Source: Podarcis cretensis
Lineage: Eukaryota
NCBI GenBank assembly: GCA_951804945.1
Contig: OX638149.1
Span: 77,190,001-77,254,000, forward strand
DNA: 64,000 nt
Direction: 5' to 3'
The notes under the pieces were generated by a model. The model was not told the origin of the DNA. It saw only the letters and a program-made list of their open reading frames with translations, and did not search any database. Positions within the stretch are counted from its first letter, which is position 1. Each line of letters starts with the position of its first letter. The translations under genes were made by a program, and so were the position numbers. Positions 1 through 10,348 of the stretch are shown here, piece by piece.

Positions 1-661
1 AGTGAATGGAGCCAACATTTTTTCTGCATTACGTACCCCCTCTCCCTCCCAGCACTGCTATTCCTGCAAGAGCCTGACTGTTCTTTAACCTCTGCTGATT
101 CCAGAGCAACATCTGCAGCCCCTCCCTCAACACCTCTGCGCTTTTATTATAATTGGCTTATCAAGCATGTTGCCTGAAAGTCCTCTTAAGTTCATGCTGT
201 CAGCAAGGATGGTGTTGGGCTGAAGGAGGCAAGGGAGCCCTCACCAGCCTTTTCCCCCTTTTATGTTTGCTTACAGGGGTGGTGAAGAGTTGGCATGTGC
301 CGGACCCAAGTGCTGACACCGCAGCTGCCTTTGGTGCTTCTGTGCAGCTCGGCAGGGACCACCTACTCCGCTCTGGAGAGAGGACCAGGCGTGCATTGTT
401 TGACTGCTAATAGGAATGGGAGAGACAGATTTCCTGGGGAGGGTGGGGCAGAGCTAGTCAAGAATAGGATCGTGCTTCAGCATCAATGGCACAAATCACA
501 ACTTACGTCACTGGTGCTTGAAACAGTTTATGGAATTGGTTATTTAAAGTCTGAGTCAAGTAGCTCTTTTGAGACAGTTGGCAGCAGTGTTTTCCCTTGC
601 TTCCTCCTCTAACAAAAAATGGGTGCTGTGAGCCGGGGTACACCATGATGAGGGCTAGCAC

Positions 662-768
662 CATGGGCATAGCCAGGATTTTTTGGGAGGGCAGAACCTC
701 ATATTTGTATTGATTTGAATTGATTTAGGAGGCAGCTGCCCCCTATCCCCCCCTTGGCTATGCCCATG
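662..768. mobile_element. Short hAT-type MITE
   Basis: TIRs CATGGGCATAGCCA...TGGCTATGCCCATG. 8-bp TSD GCTAGCAC/ACTAGCAC (7/8). Confidence 0.8.
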
Positions 769-2571
769 ACTAGCACACTTACTAACAGTAGAACCATTAG
801 CATTATCATGTCACACTAGCTTGAAAGATGTTCCAAATCGTGTGTGTGCTGTTGCCCACAGTAGTACCTGACCCTAATGATAAATGAAACTAACAACACA
901 TGGTGTATCTCTATAGGACTTAGTTATACTTCCTCACAGTTGGTCAGTGCTAAGTCAGATGTATTCACCTCAGGTGGTGGCCCAGAAGGCCTGTTATTTA
1001 AAAACAAACAAACAAACACAAGCAAACAAACAAACCCTAATTTCCAACTAAAGGCCTCTTTCTGTGTTATCCTGAAGCAAGCAAACCAGATCCTGAGCTT
1101 TGCCCTGAATATACAAGACAAGGTTGTGGGTGCTGAATCTGTCTGATTCTAGCAGAGGGGAAGTTACAGATTGGGCCCTGGCTTGGTGGAGACCAAAGGA
1201 CTTGCTGAAGGTAAGACTCTGCCCTCAGTTTCCCATAGCTCTGAAGTAGCTCTTACTTGAAAATTAGGGAGCATAATTTGGTGGTAGGACTAAAATGCAC
1301 AAATCCTACCTGGTTCTGCATCACAGGACTGATGAGGTGGTTCTGACGGTTGGTTTTTCAAGTGCAGCATCCTTTATGCTTTCATAGAAGCAGCCTGGGA
1401 GTGTGGAATAGCCACATCTTTCTCATGGGAGGGTTCACTGCAGGCACATGAGGAGTAACCTAGGGCAATTCATGTGAGAAGCCTAAGGCCATTCACAAGA
1501 GAAGTGGGTGTGTGCACAGCCTAGAAAAATAAAAACAGTTAACACTAAGAGTTGTGTGGAATTAGACTTTGAAGTAAAATAAAATAGAGGGCTAAATTCA
1601 GCCTGCATTTGAGCACAGGATGAATAGTTCACAACAGTTCAAGACATAGGTTATAAAGAATTCAGTATTCTGCAACTGAATGAGCTATTTCTGAAGCTCT
1701 GACTGAGTCCCTCCCACACCCACACTCTTGGTCACCAAGCTGTGCTAAAGCCTTTTGTACCTTTTCTCAAGCCAGTAGCTTTTCATCTGGCCCTGGTGTA
1801 CATGTGAGCTCATCAGCCATCTTCTTCCCCACTCTAGAGCTTGTACCAGTTCTGTGAAGAATGTTTAGATTTTTCCATCCCTCTTTTTTTCTAAATTTAG
1901 AGCACCCATTTAACACTCATGATTTGGAAAGAATGTGGCATGGTAATAATTGATGAGTGATCTCTCCATCCTCCAGCTCTTCAGCAAACACATTGCCTTT
2001 GACAGGTCTGGCCATACTCCCAGACCACTTGCAAACCTGCAGTGCTATGGAGAGCCTGTGTCTTTCAGAGGCATATCATACATGCCCATTTCTCCTCCAC
2101 TCCTATTTCCCTAAACTCAGTAGATCCATTTATTTTCTTTACCTCCTGCGGGATATATCAGGAAGGGTTGAAAGCACATTAGCAGCTGTGAAGAAATACT
2201 TCTATATTCACCTGACAAGTCAGGAGCCAATATTTGTGTCGGCCCATTTAATTTCCCCCCCATTTGTTTATGTGGGGTTGTTTAATGGTGCCTGGTAAAT
2301 GAAGCAAAACAGGGCCCCAATATTTACAAGTATGTGCAAAGGAAATGGTCAAACCAGTAGCATAGACGTATATAGTTTATTTGAACTTCCTAAATGGGCC
2401 TATAGATGTCCTTCTCTGGAGTCTATTAAAAAAGGTAAGTATCATAGAGGTAAGATCTAAAAGTTTAGTAATGGGTTAGAAATTGGCTAAGCACTAAAAA
2501 GTAAAACAGAAGAGAAGGGTCAGATGCTTAGAGCAGAAAGTTATCAGTGGGAAAGGCCTGTAATTCTGATA

Positions 2572-2786
2572 CAGTGGTACCTCGGGTTACAGATGCTTCA
2601 AGTTACAGGCTCCGCTAACCCAGAAATAGTACCGCAGGTTAAGAACTTTACTTCAGGATGAGAACAGAAATCGTGCGCTGGCAGCGGGAGGCCCCATTAG
2701 CTAAAGTGGTACCTCAGGTTAAGAACAGTTTCAGGTTAAGAATGGACCTCCGGAACGAATTAAGTTCTTAACCCGAGGTACCACTG
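2572..2786. mobile_element. Tc1/mariner (Tigger/pogo-like) MITE, family A copy 1
   Basis: TIR CAGTGGTACCTCGGGTTA...TAACCCGAGGTACCACTG with TA target duplication. Four copies in the window. Confidence 0.92.
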
Positions 2787-5700
2787 TACAGCTTTCAAAA
2801 GATGTACTAATTGTTGATCACATGGCAGCACATAAAGATAACAAAACAACTTTCCACTGCATCAAACTATACTGTTTGAGATGTTCTTTAAAAAGAAACA
2901 AAACAAAAAAAGCTTTTTCAAAACCATTCACTTTTCAGATACTTGGAAAGTTTTTTTTTTTAAAAAAAAAAAGTTTAGCACTGTGAAGCGGTCCATTGCT
3001 GCTGTATACATGATAACTGAACATCTAAGCTTTTATCTTACCTTGGGCCAGCAATAAGTAGAATGTGACAGTGAAAGAGGTATAGACAGGGTTTGGGGGG
3101 TTTTTAACTGCAACTTTTTAATTAAATCTTAGTAAAGCTGCCAACACAAACTTGATAAACTGCTCTTTCAACTGGCAGAGTCATTGTGTTGACTTGAGAT
3201 GTTGGTGTTTCTTTTTCATGCACTGCTTAATTGGCTAACTTGTATGTCCAGCTTTTGATCTTCCTTGCAGCCATCATGCTTTAGGGCAGTGATACATGTT
3301 GTGTATCAGTCTTAATGGATAAGATACTTTCAAGGCAAGTGATTGAGGAGGTGGCACTCAGTACCCCATTAATGCTGGAGAGCATTGTGTTGTGAGTCCA
3401 AATATGGTGGCTGACTGTGCAGAAAGGGAGAGCTTTGAAACTTGGGATCCTAATTTAATTCCATCTTGTTTTAATATGCTGCCAATCCATGTTCTCTGCA
3501 CTGAATTCCATTCTAGCTAATGTTTGGTGGCAGATTATATCATGCCTTTAGATATGGTTTGTTAAGGGATTTGGCATTTCCAGTTCGCTACATTTTCCAC
3601 AGGACCGGCCTGTAAGGAAACTACAGGAACGTGGATAAAGATATTTTGAAAACATGTAAATACTGTACTTGGGAGCCACAAGGCATTATTGGAAATTTTA
3701 CAGAAGAAAACTTCTAGGCTTGGTTTGGATTTGTCTAATAAATCAGTTTCCAGCAAAAACAGTGAAGCATATTTTGCATGGTGAAATAGTGAACGTTCCC
3801 TATGACATAAGCTTTCATGAACAAGATCCCACTTTATCGAATGCATGATAATAGATAAAAGTTCAGGGGTTTGTCGGATATGACCATTAAGGTATCGGTT
3901 AAGTTTTCTAAAGGAATTATCCTTTGTGCATCCATGTTTCACACTTAGGTTAACTCTCAGGACAGGAGTGGTTCATCATTGACATGACTACTTACTGTAC
4001 TGAGATAGAAACAGTAGTTTGTGCATAAACGGTGGGGAAGAGAATGGGAATATGTTCTTGGGTTGGCCCAGAAGCCGAGGTTGCAGCTGCTGTCTGCTTA
4101 GGCGGCAGCCTCCTTAAAAGCTTGTTAACAGCAGGTGTTAATGAAGTGCTAATGAAGCAGTTTGCCAGAAGCAAACCAAAGGCGCTCACTAGCCTCTTCA
4201 TCTCAACAGGAACCTCAATGGTCCCCTAGTACAAACTGGTTTATTAGATGGAGTCAAATAACCTGTAACAGATGCAGCCTTTACTTCTGGAAAGTGGGTT
4301 AGCAACACACTGATCATTTGTAGTTGCCTAGCGACTGTTACACACACACACACACACACACACCAATGGAATACTGTCCCAACGCAAGCAGTACTGATAC
4401 TTGCACAATTCTATTTTCCAGTGAAATTCCAATAGAGATTCTTCCAAGTGATCTTGTTCAATATCACTGAGTATCCACAAAGAATCATAGTTGGTGATGA
4501 TGGCTTTTAGTTTAATATTGAAAGTTCAGGTGATTGCTTCCACATTGGGCATGTACTGTGGTGTTGCCATACTTTGTTTACCCACTTTTATGGGGCATCT
4601 ACATGATCTCATGTACAAAACCCTCCCTCTTAGTCCTGTTCAGCTTGGTTCCCCCCGACCAAGTTCAGAAAATGGTTGTTGTTTTTAGAGCAATGACATA
4701 GCAGCACAATTTCCCCTTATGTACACAGCATATCGTGCTCCTATGCTGTTCAGTTGTGGTGTATATTTCTGCTCGTGGGTGGGCGCCATTCAGCCAGTTA
4801 TGTGGCATCTGTGATGGGAATTAATGTGGACCTAGTGGCATTAGTCACAGTGGCATGGAGGTATGGCCTTTGGTCCATTGAAGCAGAGACAGAAAGTCTT
4901 CCAGAGCATACCCATATCTGTTCACAGTCAAACAATAGATTATCTTTGTCTTGAACAAGCATGTGGAAGTGAAATGTTTCATTGCCGCACACCACCCTGA
5001 TATTGCAGTATATAAATGGTGGCATATAATTACTTTTAAATAAAACTAAAGGTGAAATGTGTAGTACTAATGCCGCTGTCTGCCCAGCAACTTGGAAGAA
5101 GAACTAATTTTCAGCTCTGTACAGAGAATTATGATTTTAGTGTTTTTCCCCTGCTCCCCCCCCCCCCTTTAAAGTAAGCTCAGGAATATGCTGCAAGCTC
5201 AAGGCTTGGTAGCGTGGCCTTTTCAAGGCTGGACCCACAACAGTAGAACTCCCTTATGCCAAAAAAAGAAGAAGAAGGAAAAAAACCACCAATCCTACTT
5301 GGCTGGCCTCCTTTTTTGGAGAGCTGTAAATACTTTTCTCCTCTTTTCTTTTCTTTTCTTTTCGACACTCTCTCCAGTCAGTAGGTGGTTGAGAGTTGTC
5401 ATTGTGACCTCCAATTTTACATGGAAATTGATTTGAACTTCTTATAGGTTTACATTCATAATTCCTTTATTCATTTGGATTTGAAATGTCATAATATTTT
5501 GTTATGCTTTGAGGATATAAATGCATACATGTCAGTAAAAGCCAGTGGCTTCATAGTGGAAGCCTTAACCAGTCAGGTATCAAAACAGCACATGAAAAGC
5601 CCCTGTCTTTGCCTGTCCTGTCTAGCCCCCTGAAACACAGCTTGTAAATTACAGGTCCTGCATACAGAATCTTGGAGCTCTGACAAAGACTGTGTTAGCT

Positions 5701-5944
5701 CCCAATCTGCCAGTTCTGCACTCTTCCCCCCACCCTCTTTCCTCTTATGCTTCCTGAAACAACTCAGAGAGGGGTGCCTGTGTGAGCACACCCTGATCAA
5801 TCCCTTCAAGGAAAGGGGATGGATTAAGGTGAGATGAAGCAGGAAGAGGGATGTCTTCCCTGGTTTTTTCTTTTCTCTTTTCTTCTAGAAACATCATACA
5901 GAAGAGAGGAGAATGGTGGCTATGTTTGCTGTCAGAGGCTAGCC

Positions 5945-6226
5945 CAGGGGCCAGCAAACTGTCCCTCAGTCCTTGTGGGGGGCCAGACTATATTTTGAAA
6001 AAAAATATGAATGAACTCCTATGCCCCACTAATAGTCCAGAGATGCATTTTAAATAAAAGCACACATTCTACTCATGTAAAAACACCAGGCAGGCCCCAC
6101 AAATAACCCAGAGATGCATTTTAAATAAAAGGACACATTCTGCTCATGTAAAAACATGCTGATTCCTGGACAGTCCACAGGCCAGATTTAGAAGGTGATT
6201 GGGCTGGATCCGGCCCCAGGGCCTAG
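5945..6226. mobile_element. hAT (Charlie-like) non-autonomous element, family B, one end deleted
   Basis: Starts CAGGGGCCAGCAAACT. Reverse-complement homologue of the copies at 24883 and 52857, with an internal ~50-bp repeat present twice. Confidence 0.8.
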
Positions 6227-8517
6227 CCTGTCCTTCACTCTTGTACAAAGTGGCCCCAGTGGAAGTGTAATCGCCAGCCAGAATCTTAGATGTTTCTGAG
6301 TGCTTCATTCAGAGAGAGAGACTGAGCCAGGTCACATGGCTGAGTGAATTGTATTCCAAGCCTGTGTTCTATAACATTCTGTTTAGCAATGTCATCATCA
6401 GAAGACTTGTTTTCCTGATTCTATAATTATTCTTTGGAATGCACTCCCACCCACTGTCTTCCCTCCCCCCACACTGCCAAGACAGCTTTTGTAACAATTG
6501 GACCAAGAGCAAGAAACTCATTGTGTGGGGCTGCTGAGGGTGGGCGGGGAGAGGAGAGGCATTCAGCAAATTTCTACATACAAAAATGGCAAAAGTACTG
6601 TGTTACGTCATAACTCAATGCTTGCAAATAGAAAGGAGGTGTGTGTATAACGTAAGAGCCTGTTCCCAGTTGATATTTATTTCCTTTTAAGAAAACTGTT
6701 TTTATTTTTTTCTGACAGAGCTACCTAAAGAAGTCATACAATGGAAAGGTGCGAAGTTTCCATTGCTGTAGATCACAGGAATCCTGTGAACTGCAACTCC
6801 CATCACTCTGAACCAGCATGTCCAATAGTCTGGGGTGGTGGAAGTTGTAGTCCAACAACATCTGGAGTGCCAGAAGTTCCTCACCCCTGTTGTAGATGTT
6901 CCTTCTCACCAGCTGGAGCTTTTGATAAATCAAATGCTGAAGTACAAAGTGCTTTCAGTATTGCAGACACTTCTTGATTGCTTTCACAAATTGTGTTGTG
7001 CCAGTCAGTGTCGACGTTGCAGGGAGCAGCTGCTGTAATGTTTGCACGGGCCCTGGTTGTCTGCATGCTAAGAGGACTTGCACTGCAAATGTGCAACAAA
7101 AGATTCTTATTTTTCTTAAAGTACCCACAGGATTCACTCAAGTGCTAAAGAGAGAGCATAGGAAGTCCTGACAAGAAGCAGCGTCTACTGTCCAAGGGGC
7201 TTGCTCAGCTGCGACAAGCCAAGGAGTGAATTAAATAACATTAAAAGATAAGAAACTGAGCTCGTACATCTCAGTGTAGTGACTTCTCCATTGATAAATG
7301 GTATATTTATGGTACCTCAGTTCTAAACCAGGCCTTTAAACACATTATCAACCTTTTGCTTGATTGCTGGGAGGTGGAGGTTTTTTTAATTGGAGGAAGG
7401 TCCAATTAAAAATAGGAGGAAGGTCAATTTTGAGCAGTTCAACTGGGCAGAGAATACATACATATTGACCTGAAAATGATAGACTATAGTATGTTATAAA
7501 AGATGACCTGATTTTTCATTAAGAAAGCAGAGGGGACATGGCCGCATAGGGTACTTACTCCCCCTCCTAAAAATAGTTTCAGGAAGCAGTGTTCAGAAAT
7601 AGAGTAAATAACAGGTTTGCTTGGCTAAACCTACTTTACCCAGTGAAACTGTTACCCAGTTTCAGGAAACAGTTCTAAATGCTAGGAAAGCAAATGCAAT
7701 TGTCCTCTAAAGTTATGTTCTTCTACCCCAGTTTTGCTGCAGTACACTGGCATGATACATTGACTGGTGGTCAAGCGATATGTTCTGAGGGCTAACAGGA
7801 GCAGCATTCAGCATACTGCCTCTGTTTAAACACTGCCCCTCTTCTCCAGTGTAGTTTCATTGTACTTCTCTAAACTCCAACCCACATATGATAATAATCA
7901 ACCCCATATTTGTTACAATAACAAGTCTCATTAGAACACTGGTTCCAATCATGGAGCGGCGGGTGGGAGGGAGGGTTTATTTAATGCTGGTGACTTCATC
8001 TGGAGTGATGTCACTGTTAAGGAAAAACACTGAACTCCCATGAAACAGTTCAGCCTTGGATTCCTTGCCCTTGTAAATCGTTGGCTTTAAAGAGACAAAG
8101 CATCCCATCCAGCACATCTAATCCTGGATGGTTTTCCATAGAACTAGGAACCATTCAGTCCATGAGCAGACTTAGAAAGCATCAGGGCATAAAGGTAATT
8201 AAAGAATACTGAGTATATGCTTGTCCAGTGTCCTTGTCGCAGCAGAACAAACATTAGGCCCCACTGCCTTATCAAGCTCTCCTCTGTCACCAGTGTGGAG
8301 TACCCTTACAGTCCACACAAGTTCAGGAACTAGGAGCCAGGCCTCAATATCAGCTTCCTTCACTTCTCCCTTTATGATTGTTGCGCTGGTGTCAAAAAGC
8401 ATGAAATGTAAAGGAGAGCAGAGCAGAGTGCAAAGGCCATAGAAGCTGGGTGCAGAAAGGGTGGCAGTCTGTGGAGCAGGAAATTTGGATGACGGATATG
8501 TTCAGGCCAACGGGTTA

Positions 8518-8680
8518 GGAAACTAGGAAGGTGCTGCACACTGAGTCAGGCCCATTGGTCCATCTAGCTCAGTATTGTCTACACTGACTGGCAGTGGCTC
8601 TCTGGGGTTTCAGATGACATTCCCAGTGCTACATGGAGATGGCAAGGATTGAAACTGGGATGTTGTGCATGCAAACGGGG
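8518..8680 (-). mobile_element. Old tRNA-derived SINE with CR1-like tail (degenerate)
   Basis: Shares the core CTGCCAGTCAGTGTAGACAATACTGAGCTAGATGGACCAATGG with relics at ~20950-21030 (+), 48205-48360 (-), 57258-57430 (-) and 57525-57625 (+). Confidence 0.65.
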
Positions 8681-8961
8681 ACTAGAGGGCCAGCAGTGGC
8701 AAGTGGCAAAGAGCTTACACGTTGGAGAGTTGAGCGTGCAGTGGGGTGCTCACACCACCAGGGCAACTGGGGATGGCAGAAGTGCCATATTTTAAGAGAC
8801 AAAATGTGAGAAGGTGACACATTGGGATTTGATAGCAAGAGGGGTTTTTTCTGAAATAACCACTGGCCTTACAAAACCTTCCTTGCCCTCATAAAAATGG
8901 ATAACTTTGTTGCGACAATTAATTTCATTTAAACTGTTCCCCGGCTGACCTGGAATGAATA

Positions 8962-9203
8962 CAGTGGTACCTCGGGTTAAGAACTTAATTCGTTCTGGAG
9001 GTCCGTTCTTAACCTGAAACTGTTCTTAACCTGAAGCACCACTTTAGCTAATGGGGCCTCCTGCTGCCGCTGCGCTGCCGGAGCACGATTTCTGTTCTCA
9101 TCCTGAAGCAAAGTTCTTAACCTGAAGCACTATTTCTGGGTTAGCGGAGTTTGTAACCTGAAGCGTCTGTAACCTGAAGCGTCTGTAACCTGAGGTACCA
9201 TTG
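8962..9203. mobile_element. Tc1/mariner MITE, family A copy 2 (opposite orientation to copy 1)
   Basis: Same TIRs, TA TSD at 8960-61 and 9204-05. Confidence 0.92.
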
Positions 9204-10230
9204 TACTTGTGTGCATTCTGTTATATGCATTGTGTGGTTGGTGTTGGCATGAAAAGGTGTTGGGAGGCAAAGTCTAGTTGAGCCCTGGTTCCAGCTTAAC
9301 AAATGGGCAAATGTTGTGGTGCAGATTTGCTGTTAAAAACAATGCTTTCATGATGGAGCAGAAGCTGGGCAATGGCCAGAAATAAGGACAGCTTGGGACT
9401 CCTGTCCAGAACAGTCTTTAATGAGATACATAGTTTTCTCCTGGGTGTGGAGGTGGTGGAGAGGTGAAGTTCAAAGAGTTTCAGGAAGAGGATGTAATGT
9501 ACTGCACTGCCACCCCTGATCACAAGGGAGATGCAATGGATTGTGCAGGAAACTGCCGGCTCAGACGTTAGCTGTTCAGGCTAGTACTCTGCCCACTATA
9601 CCACACTTCCTTCTGCTTTCTGTTGGTGCTTTGGGACCAAGCTTGTATTAAATGGATGAGCAGGGCTGCACAGCCTTCTAAAGCTTCAGTTTGCTGTGCA
9701 GATATATTGACTTGCAAAAACAAAAGGCACCAGAGCTGCTTCTTTTACCCCTGCCGCCTGCCATTCACTAGGGTGGTTGGAGGAAGCGGGGAAAGGGATG
9801 TTGTCCCTTTAAGCAGCTGAGCGAACCATATGCCAGTAGCGTAGCCCTTGAGTTAAACTGCATGTCTGTGTGCTGAGTAAGGAATGTGGTTGCATGCCTG
9901 ACCCGTTAGCTATGACTGCTCCTTAGTGGATCAGCACGGCTGTTGCTCATGTGCTGATCTCATTCAGCCTCATTGGAGCTGGCGCTGCACATACACAAGG
10001 AGTGGAGAGAGGGGGAGAATCGTTCTGCTGAGAAGGAGCAGGAGTATTCCTGTCCTGCTCCCTCCCTCCCTCCCCTTTTTTATTTCTCCAAGAAGCTGGA
10101 TCTAGGGGTGTTTCGGGCTCCCCTACTTTTTTGGGGAAATAAGGAGGCTTCCACCCACCCACCTCTGGCAACTGTTGTTTTGCGAGGGCAGGAGGTAGCT
10201 CTTGGAGAGAGACGCAGCGCAGCTGCCTGG

Positions 10231-10348
10231 ATGCCTTTGGATGTTATGATTGCTCCCTCTGAGGACCAGTTCTGGCCAGACATGCACAAAGAGCAGATGA
10301 AGCTGAAAATCAGGGTGAGACGGATGAAGGAGAGCAGGGAGATGCGAG
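10231..10348 (+). CDS. DUSP8: DUSP8 putative alternative first coding exon (39 aa + 1 nt, MPLDVMIAPSEDQFWPDMHKEQMKLKIRVRRMKESREMR)
   Basis: ATG at 10231, 118 nt open frame, donor AG|GTTGGT at 10349 in phase 1. This matches the phase-1 acceptor at 24588 (G|GG GGC TTT = G-G-F). The peptide resembles an alternative DUSP8 N-terminus I recall from non-mammalian annotations (unverified). Confidence 0.75.

Noticed and set aside
1328-1360. CTGATGA motifs (also ~31570, ~45036) as hammerhead ribozyme cores
   Set aside because: No stem II with GAAA or closing helices.
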